Assembly: GCA_964016885.1 (NCBI GenBank)
Contig: OZ024748.1
Location: 3,286,001 to 3,350,000 of the forward strand
DNA from: Eledone cirrhosa
Lineage: Eukaryota
Direction of reading: 5' to 3'
Length of the DNA: 64,000 nucleotides
Shown here: positions 1-13,205 of the stretch, one piece after another
How positions within the stretch are numbered: position 1 is the first letter of the stretch
Layout of the letters: each line of letters starts with the position of its first letter
Translations under genes and position numbers: made by a program
Notes under the pieces: generated by a model
Databases searched by the model: none
Told to the model about the DNA's origin: nothing
The model's input: only the letters and a program-made list of their open reading frames with translations

Positions 1-177
1 CTGCTACTCCAACTGTGTAAGGTTTGTGCTGCTAATTTTATACAGCAAAAAATGTATCACATTATACATATAACATACATGCATATGACACACACACATA
101 TTTATATATATATATATATATACACACAGACACACGCACCAACCACTGGATACCACATCTAAGATGGATGACTTGCA

Positions 178-415
178 AAACATTGAGTGCTTTGATTAAT
201 TTGTTACATCATGGTTTACCAACCAGAACTACTAGTTCTGCTCATTGGTAAACAAACTAACTTAAATGGTATGTGTATCTCACAGCTAGTAGACCAAACA
301 TTGAGTGCTTTGATTAATTTGTTACATCATGGTTTACCAACCAGAACTACTAGTTCTGCTCATTGGTAAACAAACTAGCTTAAATGGTATTTGTATCTCA
401 CAGCTAGTAGACCAA
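178..415. repeat. Direct duplication, 118-bp unit x2
   Basis: aaacattgagtgctttg...agtagaccaa repeated at 178 and 296. Confidence 0.9.
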
Positions 416-614
416 GCTCAAAATTCCTGTACTACAAATACAAGCAGCTCAATCTCAAAGCTAAGAACACCAAGCTCAATGTCATAGTCAATACACCAAG
501 CTCAAATTCCTGTACCCCAAATACAAGCAGTGTACTGTGGTTGAGTGTGTGTGTGTGTGTGTGTTCAGTTTAAGGTGAAACAACTTCCACAGAAATCTCT
601 ACTATGTTTAGTAA

Positions 615-1637
615 CTGTTTAATATATCTGTACTATGTAGAAATATCTAATGATATCCAGGCTCAAATGTTAATATATTCTGTAATATGTAGCAATATCT
701 AATGATATCCAGGCTCAAATGTTAATATATCTGTAGTATGTAGCAATATCTAATGATATCCAAGCTCAAATGTTAATATATCTGTAGTATGTAGCAATAT
801 CTAATGATATCCAAGCTCAAATGTTAATATATTCTGTACTATGTAGCAATATCTAATGATATCCAAGCTCAAATGTTAATATATTCTGTACTATGTAGGA
901 ATATCTAATGATATCCAGGCTCAAATGTTAATATATTCTGTACTATGTAGCAATATCTAATGATATCCAGCCTCAAATGTTAATATATCTGTAGTATGTA
1001 GAAATATCTAATGATATCCAGTCTCAAATGTTAATATATCTGTAGTATGTAGCAATATCTAATGATATCCAGGCTCAAATGTTAATATAACTGTAGTATG
1101 TAGCAATATCTAATGATATCCAGGCTCATATATTAATATATCTGTAGTATGTAGCAATATCTAATGATATCCAGGCTCATATATTAATATATCTGTAGTA
1201 TGTAGCAATATCTAATGATATCCAGGCTCAAATGTTAATATATCTGTAGTATGTAGCAATATCTAATGATATCCAGGCTCATATATTAATATATCTGTAG
1301 TATGTAGCAATATCTAATGATATCTAGGCTCATATATTAATATATCTGTAGTATGTAGCAATATCTAATGATATCCAGGCTCATATATTAATATATCTGT
1401 ATTATGTAACAATATTTAATGATATCCAGGCTCATATATTAATATATCTGTAGTATGTAGCAATATCTAATGATATCTAGGCTCATATATTAATATATCT
1501 GTAGTATGTAGCAATATCTAATGATATCCAGGCTCATATATTAATATATCTGTATTATGTAACAATATTTAATGATATCCAGACTCATATATTAATATAT
1601 CTGTATTATGTAACAATATTTAATGATATCCAAGCTC
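615..1637. repeat. 51-52-bp minisatellite, about 20 copies
   Basis: Unit ctaatgatatccaggctcaaatgttaatatatctgtagtatgtagcaatat. Confidence 0.95.
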
Positions 1638-1984
1638 CTATTTCATTACATTTTTCTCCTTTTTAACCATCTTAATCCTACAAATGTAATAAAGAAAAAA
1701 TGATCCCAACTTTCATCTCAAACGTACATTCTATTAGTATTATCTTTATTATTACTATTTTCATTTCAACAAAGATACATCTGATGATGATGAGGTCACA
1801 AACACAGACAGGAGAGGAAATATAGAAGAAAAAAAAATGAAAACAAATGAAAAGAAAAAAACCCCGCACAGACACAAAAATATGGACCACAATAAAAACA
1901 AAACAAAAACAATAAAAAGCAAGAACAAAAGTCTTTCAAAAACCATAGCAGCAATTAAAAAATAATATATGTATACACACACAT

Positions 1985-2028
<44 letters not shown>

Positions 2029-2261
2029 TATATATATGTATATGTATATATGTATATATATATGCATATATATATATGTATATGTATATATGTATATATA
2101 TATGTATATATGTATATATATATGTATATGTATATATGTATATATATATGCATATATGTATATATATATGCATATATATATGTATATATGCATATATATA
2201 TGTATATATCCATATATATATGTATATATGTATATATATGCATATATATATGTATATATAT

Positions 2262-2646
2262 ATTAATAAAAGGAATTCCAAATTTGTCTGATTTACTCGT
2301 TTCATTTACAATCCTTTAAAATTTATAATGGTATTAGAATGAAATAGTATGGTAGAATATTAAATGTTAAGTGTTAATTGAACAAGTACTTTCATGCTTT
2401 CGCAATCTTCAGGTTCATATTGTGTGGTGACAGTCAAGTTTGCAATTTTCAACAGTTGAAAATTGCAAACTTGACTGCCACCACACAATATGAACCTGAA
2501 GATTGCGAAAGCATGAAAGTACTTGTTCAATTAACACTTAACATTTAATATTCTACCATACTATTTCATTCTAATACCATTATAAATTTTAAAGGATTGT
2601 AAATGAAACGAGTAAATCAGACAAATTTGGAATTCCTTTTATTAAT
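2262..2646. mobile_element. Near-perfect fold-back element in a (TA)-rich microsatellite
   Basis: Arms of about 190 bp centred on 2454 with a 1-nt spacer and one mismatch seen; symmetry extends into the flanking microsatellite. Confidence 0.85.
2491..2529 (+). ncRNA. Minimal type I hammerhead ribozyme motif (mirror copy on minus strand at 2379-2417)
   Basis: UGAAC-CUGAAGA-u[UGC GAAA GCA]u-GAAA-GUAC-U-U-GUUCA: 5-bp stem I, intact core, palindromic stem III AGUACU. Confidence 0.8.
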
Positions 2647-2909
2647 ATATATATACATATATATATGCATATATATACATATATACATATATATATGGAT
2701 ATATACATATATATATGCATATATACATATATATATATGCATATATACATATATATATATGCATATATATATACATATATACATATACATATATATATAC
2801 ATATATACATATATACATATATACATATACATATATATATGCATATATATATACATATATACATATACATATATATATGCATATATATATACATATATAC
2901 ATATACATA

Positions 2910-2940
<31 letters not shown>

Positions 2941-2950
2941 GCATATATAC

Positions 2951-3039
<89 letters not shown>

Positions 3040-3042
3040 CAC

Positions 3043-3073
<31 letters not shown>

Positions 3074-3124
3074 TATATACACACACATATATATATATAT
3101 ATATATACACATATATATATATAT

Positions 3125-3165
<41 letters not shown>

Positions 3166-3182
3166 TATATATATACACACAC

Positions 3183-3213
<31 letters not shown>

Positions 3214-3259
3214 TATATATATACACACATATATATATATATACACACACATATATATT

Positions 3260-3340
<81 letters not shown>

Positions 3341-3764
3341 GGTGTGGGAGAAAGAAAATATAAAGAAACCAAGTTAGAATCCAGGTTAGCAAAGGCTAAT
3401 AATAATAATAATAATAAAATTAATAATAATAATAAAAATATAAAATAATGATAATAGCAAGCAAATCTCTACATATAAAAACTACACAGCCTGTAGACTA
3501 CAATAATTGAGATATAAAATAAAATTTAAGTACTTTGATAAGTATCTATCAAAATACCAAATTTCAAATACATTCGCATATTTTTTTTGTTTTGTTTTGT
3601 TTTAAATATTCATGCATCGACTTACTCGTTCCAGGTGATACCAAAACAGATTGGACTGGAAGGGTAAGAGGTTGATAACATTATTAACAGCAGTTTTAGA
3701 GAAATATTTTATAATTAACAGAAAAACAAACAAACTAGAGATACAAAGAGTAAAAGCTGAAGTG

Positions 3765-3794
<30 letters not shown>

Positions 3795-3795
<1 letters not shown>

Positions 3796-5470
3796 TTGTT
3801 TCTACTTTTGGGCACAAGGCCAGCAATTATCCCAGTGTATTACTGGTACTTTATTTTATCGACCTCGTAAGGATGAAAGGCAAAGTTAACCTTGGCAGGA
3901 TTTGAACTCAGACCATAAAGGACCGTAACTCTATGCTGCAAAGCATGGCGTCCGACCCTTTACCGATACTGCCAATAATATCTTCTCTTCAAACATAACA
4001 TATTTAACTCTTAACATCCTACAATAATTTAGGAAAAAAATATCTTAAAAAACAAGTTTGTTAATTCAAAGATAACAATATGAGAATCGTATTTATCAGT
4101 AAATAAAAATAATATAATTAATATTTGATTCGTTTGCAAGCAAACGGCCTCAAAACACCACATGTGTGTTTGAGATGATGACTATCATCATTTTTGTTCC
4201 AGCGGTAGCAGAGAGGAAATAGTTGACAATTGTTTCGAGAGATACATAGCCTTGATAAAGGGCAATAACTCCAAAACAGTTGTCAACTATTTTCTCTCTG
4301 CTACCACTGGAACAAAAGGATTGACGTCAGACAATGGAAAAACACACACATGGTGTTATGAGGCTGTCTGCTTGCAAACGAACCAAATTTTAATGATATC
4401 GTTATAATATTATTATTATTTCCTCACAAATACATTTAGGTATCCACCATGTTAGAGCGAAAACAAATTTTGTTTTTAATATGAGAATTGTACCATAAAC
4501 AAGAAAAGAGAAGGGGAAAATGGATATTTCAAAAATGGCTGATACATTGTGGAACTCTGAAAGTTATGGAGCTAAACCAGCACAAGACAAGGTAAATAAT
4601 TTTTTTATTTGTATTTAAAAAGAAAATGACAATACTTTGAGGTGTCTAAAAGAGCTTCACCCTTCCATTACCATATTTCTAATGAAAGACACTGTCTATG
4701 ACATTAACCCTTCCATTACCATATTTCTAATGAAAGACACTGTCTATGACATTAACCCTTCCATCACCTATTTCTACGGAAAGACACTGTCTATGACATT
4801 AACCCTTCCATCACCTATTTCTACGGAAAGACACTGTCTATGTCTTTAACCCTTTCGTTATCATATTTTTAATAATAACAATTTCTATTATAGGCACAAG
4901 GCCAGCAATATTGGGGAAGGGGAAAGTCGATTAAATCGACCCCAGTACATGACTGGTACTTTATTTTATCGACCCCGTAAGGATGAAAGGCAAAGTTAAC
5001 CTCGGCAGGATTTGAACTCAGACCATAAAGGGCCGTAACTCTATGCTGCAAAGCATGGTGTCCAACCCTCTACCGATACTGCCAATCCATTGCCCTTTTT
5101 AATAATAATAATTGTTTCTACTTTTGGCACAAGACCAGCAATTACCCAGTGTATTACTGGTACTTTATCGACCCCGTAAGGATGAAAGGCAAAGTTAACC
5201 TCGGCGGGATTTGAACTCAGAATGATAAGGGCCGTAACTCTATGCTGCAAAGCATGGCGTCCGACCCTCTACTGATACTGCCAATTATATAGACACAAGG
5301 CCAGCAATTTTGGGGGGGGGAGTCAATCAAATCGACCCCAGTGTGTTACTGGTACTTTATTTCATCGAACCCTGTAAGAATGAAAGGCAAAGCTAACCTC
5401 GGCGGGATTTGAAATCAGAACGTAAAGGGCCATAACTCTATGCTGCAAAGAATATTGTCCAACACTCTAA
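3795..5470 (-). mobile_element. Cluster of tRNA-derived SINEs (family 1; copies 3795-3975, 4880-5090, 5110-5285, 5290-5470)
   Basis: Repeated unit with B-box GAGTTCAAATCC, central GCCTTTCATCCTTACGGGGTCGATAAAAT..GTACCAG domain and (ATT)n tail. Also at 7385-7600, 23635-23825, 34275-34460, 40185-40365, 47055-47210 and 53900-54075. Confidence 0.85.
4120..4395. mobile_element. Old imperfect fold-back element with decayed hammerhead-like centre
   Basis: Arms about 4124-4236 and 4273-4390 are reverse complements with mismatches; centre UUGAUAA...(G/A)AAA-CA(A/G)UUG-UC. Confidence 0.6.
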
Positions 5471-5628
5471 CGATAAGGATGATGATGATGATAATGATGC
5501 TGATTGATAATGGTGATGGTGATGATGATGGTACCAATGGTGATGATGATGAGGATGGTGATGGAGAGGATGGTTGATGATGATGATGGTGACAACGATG
5601 ATGATGATAATACAGTGAACTGATTTAC

Positions 5629-5744
5629 CTCCAAGACTTGCTGAGCCCGAATTTCTCGTTCCATTCTCAGTTGTTCCTGACGTTTTAGCTTTTCCTGTTG
5701 TTTAACCTGTTTTTCTTGTTCTTTCATTTGTTTCCGTTCAATGG
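5629..5744 (-). CDS. BAZ2B: BAZ2B-like exon, coiled coil; gene continues beyond window start
   Basis: TTGTGCAG acceptor, GTAAAT donor, 116 nt, phase 1-0. KQMKEQEKQVKQQEKLKRQEQLRMEREIRAQQVLE matches KQQEKIKRIQQIRMEKELRAQQILE. Confidence 0.93.
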
Positions 5745-8700
5745 CTGCACAATACAACAACAACAACATCAACAACAATACATTAAATATCAGAGAGACA
5801 GAGAAAGAGAGAGGGCATCGGTGGAGGTGGAGACACAGGGAGAGAAAGAGAGAAGAATAATGAATAATTAGAAATATGTTAGATACTGAAGCTTTGACGG
5901 CAACAAATCCCCACCGGTCCACCACCCACCACCCCAGCCACACCTGCCCCACCCACCCATCAATGCTACCTACAAGCATCAATCCATATTTTGAGAAGAT
6001 ATTTCTACACAGGAGACAGTTCAATTCAATACATATTGAAATAGGCCACAACATAACCAGCGGACATTACACCACTCCTCGCTTATATAAGAGAGCAACA
6101 GAGATTTAAAAACAAAAACAAACACAATAAAAAAAATAAATAAGCAACTAAACAACAGCAGATAATTCCAACCAAATTATTGATTTTAATACAAAGAAAT
6201 GCCCCAATATTGAAAGAGTCATCCAGATTATTCCAAGTCAAAGGTTGTGGTGTTACTAAGTGCTTTTAATCATTTACTAATTTCAGTCATTAGATTGTGC
6301 CCGTGATGGGGCACCAACTTGATTTTACTTATTTGATCAATCTCTTTTTGTCGAATTACTAAGTTATAAGACATGAACACAAACATACACACACATTCAA
6401 ATATACATACATATATAGAACCTGAAAAATGCTGTGACTTTTACTTAGGCGTGAGGAAAGGCAATCAGCCGTAGAAAGCAGGCCCAAATCAGTTCTGTAT
6501 GAGCAAAACACAATCTCCAACCTGGCTGTCGCACAACGGGACAACTTGTCTAACCCATACTACTGTGGAAAATGGATCTTAAAAGATGATGATGATGATA
6601 TATATATATATATTGTTTATACTCATTTAATTTTATTACACACACACAAATATATATATTCAATCCAGGGCCTTTCACTCCTACCGGAGGAAGCCCTGAT
6701 TGACCTCTATTACCAAATTCTACTCACAAGGCATTGGTCAACTGACAGACAGTAAGAAGACACTTGGCAAGAAACATCAAGTTGTGAAGCGAATTCTTCA
6801 ACAAGACAGCTGAACACTCTAACAACTAAGCTGCGCTCTTTTACATAATAGAAAGTAAAGCAATATTAAATCAATTTCATTGTTGTGTTCACTATTCTAT
6901 CTTCTTCTTTTCAATAATCATCATCATCGTTTTTACATCCATTTCCCATGCTAAAAACAATGATGATGATGATGATATGCAGTGAAATAAGGCTACAAGA
7001 GTTAGTTAAAGCTTGACTACAGTTTCATCTACATTTCCAAGGGGTTAAATACAAAACAAAATAGCTTCAGTATTCATTAATGTAATTATAATTGTTTGGG
7101 GAAAGCCATGTAAAAGCGATGTAAATTGAGAGATCCAAGAGTGAAAACTGAGGCAGAGTAAAGAAAGGAAACCCAAACCAAACAATAGTTTACACATTTG
7201 CCTTATATTTCATGATATTTTGAGGTTAGGAACTCCTTTTCAAAAGAAAGGAAATGAAATGTGGTGCTGACAACCATTATACATTGTACTTGGCTTTCCC
7301 CAAACAACCATAACCATCACAACACTTCATATAAACTATACCGGTTTCTCCCATATATGTATTTTAGTATTCATTTTTATTACAGTTTCTGATTTAGGAA
7401 CAAGGCCAACAATTTTTTGGGGGGAGTGGAAAGTCGATTAGATCGACCCTGTGCGTGACTGGTACTTTATTTTATTGACCCCGTAAGGGTGAAAGGCAAA
7501 GTTAACCTCAGTGGGAGTTGAACTCAGAATTTAAAGGGCTGAAACTATATGGCACTCAGCATGTTGTCCGATACTCTACCGATACATCCAATCCATCGCC
7601 CATTTTTAGAATGATTTCAACAAGATATTAATTAGAGTGATTATTAGGAAAAGATATCAAATTTCTGTATTTCTGTAAATAATATTAAAAGCAGAACAAA
7701 AAAAGCTGTCTAAAACAGAATTTCAAAACCACTCAAATTATTATTTTTTTTAATTTTCATTTATTTATTATTATTATTGGTTTTTATTCACAAATAACCA
7801 TGCACAAAAATCCCCAAAACACAGTCTTAGGCTGAAATATGGCTAGTAGAAGCATTAGTAGATTTCTAATGAACAAAACAACAAGTACCGGATTTACATG
7901 TGAGCTAAGCAGGTCACAACAAGGGACTCAAAGTACAAAGGGGCACTATCCTGTTTTTAATATATTCTAAAATATAGATATAAAATAACATTTTTGTCAA
8001 AATTTGGAATATTTTGATTAAATACATTTCTTTTATTGGGCGTGGGGTATCATTTCTGTTTTAGTGGTTGGCAAGGATGGATTCATGCTGGAATCTCAGC
8101 ACTGTTCTATGTGTAGGCCTATATTCATGTACTTTAAATAATCATTAAGTTACTTGCAAGCAGGGGCTGAGAGTGGAAGATGGAGAGGGCACAAATATTC
8201 TCTAGCACAGGGCCCCCATTTATTTAAACCCCTAAAATTCTGAAATGACTTAGCAAAAAGCTATCTTTTAAAAAATGGGTTTGATAATCCAAATGTTTAT
8301 AGTATCTTTATTAGTGGGCAGAACATTGTAAGAGGTTTCTGTAAGTTAGAGACTTAAATTTTTAACATGACTCAAGTATATCTTGCTAATGTGGTTTCAT
8401 GTGGTACAGAACATAAAGAGTTAATTCTGCCCAGGACACAACTGAAATCAGCAAACAAACTATTTCTACAGATTCAATTAATCCTTTAGTATTTACACTA
8501 CTCTATATATTTACTATTATATTTTGAACAAAAAGAGGTGAGAGAATTCTGGCAGGATAAGAAAAGTTTAAGAAAAGATTTGTCTCTTCTCTTCACCTCC
8601 AGTACTAATGATTTCAAGTAATTACTGGGACAGAAAGATGTAATTCTTTAATTAAACTTTTATTTTTCACTAAATACAATAGTTAGAAAGAGAGAAAGAG

Positions 8701-9606
8701 CTTAATCTGCTCTCACACACATATGTACACATACACACACATGTATATAAATATATATACTCACACACACCAGGTCCCTGCAATTTCCATCCATTAAATT
8801 TCATACAAAAGACATTGGTGAATGGAAGGCTATAGTAGAAGACTTTCGCTCAAGGTATCACGTGGTGGGACTGAACATGAAACCATGAGGTTGTAAAGCT
8901 AACTCTTTAACCACACAGCCATACCTGCACCTATACACTTTATATTTCACCTTAACTTTACAAATTTAGAACAATTAATAATAAACAAAGACAACCTCCA
9001 GGACTTTATCTAAGACTTTCTATAGATTATTTTTACCCTTTTCTTACAATATATATAATTAACTAAAATGTGTCCTAATTATTAAAAATAAAGAAAAAAT
9101 TTTGAGAGGTTTAATGAAATTACTAATTTTCAACTTCCATTACCATATTTCTGATCAAATATGGTATATACCTATAATTTTTAACCGTTTACCATTTACA
9201 CTTCCCTATATTTACTATTGTATTCTTGTGGTAAAGGCTTTATCTCAGTTAATTATCGCACATAATCTCGAATCTGAGATTTTGATGTTATTTATTTTGA
9301 GAACAATACCTTAACATTGGTATGAGCTGCCACTTACAGCCGGTTTGAACATGCTAACAGGTTAAATAGTCGAGTATTTGGAGGGATTTAGTAATATAAC
9401 TAATTTTTGTATTATTATTAAGTTAATGTTTGGAACATAACTTAACAAAGGTTCTTACATAAAAGGAAGGTTTTCTTTATATAAATATAAAAAGCTTTAG
9501 TATAAACAGTTATGTATCATAGAATCAGAATATGTTTCAGGCAGTTTAATACATAACTTAGTAAAGGTTCTTACGTAAAATTCAGATCAAAAGTTTTCAG
9601 ATAACT

Positions 9607-9892
9607 TTAACCCTTTTGCTACCTTACTTCTAATGAAAGGTGCTGCCTATGTCATTAACCCTTTTGCTACCTTACTTCTAATGAAAGGTGCTGCCTATGT
9701 CATTAACCCTTTTGCTACCTTACTTCTAATGAAAGGTGCTGCCTATGTCATTAACCCTTTTGCTACCTTACTTCTAATGAAAGGTGCTGCCTATGTCATT
9801 AACCCTTTTGGTACCTTACTTCTAATGAAAGGTGCTGCCTATGTCATTAACCCTTTTGCTACCTTACTTCTAATGAAAGACACTGTCTATGA
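9607..9892. repeat. 48-bp tandem repeat (related array at 4656-4860)
   Basis: Unit ttaacccttttgctaccttacttctaatgaaaggtgctgcctatgtca; begins with a TTAA-CCC MITE-like end. Confidence 0.9.
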
Positions 9893-10586
9893 TTTTCAAA
9901 TAATTTTGAAAATAATTCAGAATTTGAAAGGATTTAGTAATATAATTAACTTTCACATCATTAAGATGGTGTTTGGAACATAACTTAACAATTTATTACA
10001 TAAAATTCAGATGAAATGTTTTTAGATGAATATATTAAAACAAACAGTTTTGTATTGTAAAAACAGGGACTTTGGTATCAAAAGGGGCCAACAGTTAGTA
10101 AAAGCAAGATTACTGTCTACAGCGACTTTAGAGGGAGCTAGTGGTATAAGGAGATCTCTCTGTCTTTAAGATGGTGTTTAGTGTTTCAAGAAATAGGGTC
10201 ATTTCTGAACTCTGTCTCATCCTTAGACACACACACAGACACACTGCTCTACATAGCGGTTACATTTGTTTACAGCCAGCAGAACAAACACAGACAAGGC
10301 ATCAAGGCAAGCAAACAAGAATGAAGGCAACACAAAGAAGAAGAAGAAGAAGAAGAAGAAGAAGAAGAAGAAGAAGAAGAAGAAGAAGGTAGAGGAGGGG
10401 GGGAGGAGGAAAGAAAGAAAATATGGATGGGAATGAGGATAAGACAAGAAATAAAAGACGAAGACAAAAGAAGACAAAAGAAGAAGAAGAAGACAAAAGA
10501 AGAAGAAGAAGACAAAAGAAGAAGAAGAAAGAAGACTATTCAACAAATGAAGACCAAAGCAAATACATATAAATGGTTAAACTAAC

Positions 10587-10625
10587 CTATATGTTGTTCC
10601 CAGCGTACCTGTTTGTACGCGTTTT
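10587..10625 (-). CDS. Candidate 39-nt cassette exon of the BAZ2B-like gene
   Basis: TGTCTTATTTGTAG acceptor, GTTAGT donor, phase 1-1 matching both neighbours, stop-free (E)NAYKQVRWEQHI; lies in unique sequence. Confidence 0.55.
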   Translation of the reverse strand, partial: KTRTNRYAGNNI

Positions 10626-11026
10626 CTACAAATAAGACAACAGTAAGAAAAACAGTCAAGATGGAGGCCGGTAATAAGGAATAATTGGCAGAGTTTACAA
10701 GATGATGAAGAAACAAAGAAATAAGTAAAAAAAAATTTTTTTTTTTTTAAATGTTAAAAAGAAATTGATATTTTTTTAAATACAGAAAAAAATTTTTTTG
10801 ATAAAAATTTTTAAATATAAAAAAAATCCATTGTTGACAACTTTTAAATTCAAGCTTTGAAAGTATTTTCTGAGAGTGGAATATTCCAATTGTATTTTTC
10901 TTTCCCAACCATTTTAATATAAAATCAAAATTATGTCCAATAATATTCGGTTTATTTACCGAAATAATTCCATTTACAAAACAGATAATGACATGATGAT
11001 TTACAAGACACAAAACAAAAAAGGTA

Positions 11027-11121
<95 letters not shown>

Positions 11122-11225
11122 TACACACACTTATTACACACACACACACATATATACATCGTAACATGAATCTGAATTGCAATTACGAACAACTGATATC
11201 TTGATATGTAGAGATAATATATCTT

Positions 11226-11436
11226 ACTTAAAATACGTAGCAACTAAGCCTATGTTTTCGTTGGTACTCAGAGTTTTATAATGGTATTATCTGATAAATA
11301 TCACATGTATCATCAATCTTCAACCTTCATCTGAAGATCGGTGCACATGAGATTAACTTGCTACAATTAATATCGGATGCTATCAGGAAACTCTGAGTAT
11401 CAACAAAAATATGGTTAGTTGCCATGTATTTTAAGT
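11226..11436. mobile_element. Old imperfect fold-back element
   Basis: acttaaaatacgtagcaactaag...ctcagagtt mirrored by aactctgag...ttagttgccatgtattttaagt; TA-rich flanks. Confidence 0.6.
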
Positions 11437-12091
11437 TATATATATATAAGCACCTAGCCCACACCGTAAAGTGCTCGTGTTGGTGACACAACAAAATGTG
11501 CCCACCCCACACTATAAACTGGTTGTGTAGGTGTCACGACAAAAAGCACCCAGTACTCACAATAAATGAGGCTGGCATTAGGCAGGACATCCAGCTGTAG
11601 AAACCAAGCCAGAACCAGTAACCTGTGACTTGTCTCACAACAGGACAACTCATCCTGCCCATGCTAGCGTGGAAAATGGATGTTAAACGATGATGATGAT
11701 GATAATGACATCTATATATCTGTGAGTGTATATATATGTAAGTGTGTACGTGTAAAACAGAAATACGAAACTGAATAGGAAGAGAGAAGACAGCAAAGAA
11801 GAAGAGGGTGGAGAAGAAAAAATATTATGGTTGTTCTTTTATAGAATTTCAATAAAGAAATTATTGAATTCCTATAAAGAAAGAAAAATAACTGAGAATT
11901 ATTGAAAATAAAGTTCTTTGAAGAGAAAAATCAATAAAATTCAGCTAAAATTTACTAAAACATGAATTGAAATATCTTCAACACATAATATATGTATACA
12001 TACATAAATATACACACTATACACATATATCATACTCACCACACACGCATATATATATGTATATTGTATTTTCAATATACACACACACATT

Positions 12092-12139
<48 letters not shown>

Positions 12140-12226
12140 TGTATTTTCCATATACACACACACATATATATATAGTATTTTCCACACACATTACATACAC
12201 ACACATATATATATTGTATTTTCCAT

Positions 12227-12259
<33 letters not shown>

Positions 12260-12529
12260 GTATTTTCCACACACATACACATCACACATATATATTTTCC
12301 AGAGGTTGGCTGATGAGAAAAATAGAAGTTTCTGCTCAATTGTCTTCAATATTTGTTTTTTTCTTTTTGTGTGCAACATTACTAATATATGGTTATCTTT
12401 CTTTCTCTTATTATATATACATGTAGGTTAACTTTGCCTTTCATCCTTACGGGGTCGATAAAATAAAGTACCAGTAATGCACTGGGTAATTGCTGGCCTT
12501 GTGCCAAAAGTAGAAACAATTATATATAT

Positions 12530-13037
12530 ATATACATAAATATAAGTATGTACACGTACATACATATATGTATACAGACGTACAGTAGTATGTATATATA
12601 TATACATACATGCACACATATATATATATGTACGTATGGATTCACCGAACATTTATTATAATGTTCGGTTTGTTTGTAAACAAACATCCCGTATTAAGCC
12701 GTAGTGTCTAGCAACCATCGTTGCTCGTTTGTTCAACACTGACAAAGGAACGCTGTACTAGTTTCTTCAAGCTTATTAGCTATCATCAGCAACGTATACC
12801 TTCCTGCCAGATTGTTGAACGTATATACTTACCTTATGCATATTAACGAGCAACGATGCTTGCTAGACACTATGGCTTAATACGGGATGTTTGTTTACAA
12901 ACACACCGAGCATTATAATAAATGTTCAGTAAATCCATACGTACATATATGTGTGCATGTATGTATATATATACATATTACTGTACGTCTGTATACATAT
13001 ATGTATGTACGTGTACATACTTATATTTAAGTATATA
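12530..13037. mobile_element. Fold-back element with hammerhead in loop
   Basis: Arms 12530-12729 and 12845-13037, including mirrored compound microsatellite; loop of about 115 nt holds the hammerhead. Confidence 0.8.
12750..12795 (-). ncRNA. Minimal type I hammerhead ribozyme motif
   Basis: ACGUUG-CUGAUGA-u[AGCU AAUA AGCU]ugaa-GAAA-CUAG-U-A-CAGCGU: 6-bp stem I (one G-U), palindromic stem III ACUAGU. Confidence 0.75.
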
Positions 13038-13167
13038 CATATATATATACATGTATATATGCATATATATATATATATATGCAAAAAGTAAATGGAAAAC
13101 AACAAACCAAACTATATATTACAATGAAGATATATATTAGTTTAATGCTTGATATAGTAGGAAAAGA

Positions 13168-13205
13168 GTCTGAACGTTTCAGACACTAGTCCTTCATCAG
13201 AAGAT
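13168..13205 (-). ncRNA. Degenerate hammerhead motif
   Basis: AUCUU-CUGAUGA-a[GGAC UAGU GUCU]-GAAA-CG-U-U-CAGAC; core intact, stem I imperfect. Confidence 0.5.

Noticed and set aside
1761-3448. Long Ile/Tyr/His ORFs on both strands (and similar ones throughout)
   Set aside because: Translations of (TA)n/(CA)n microsatellites that lack stops by composition.
11290-11365. CUGAAGA in the centre of a fold-back element
   Set aside because: No intact GAAA or stem register; too decayed to call a ribozyme.
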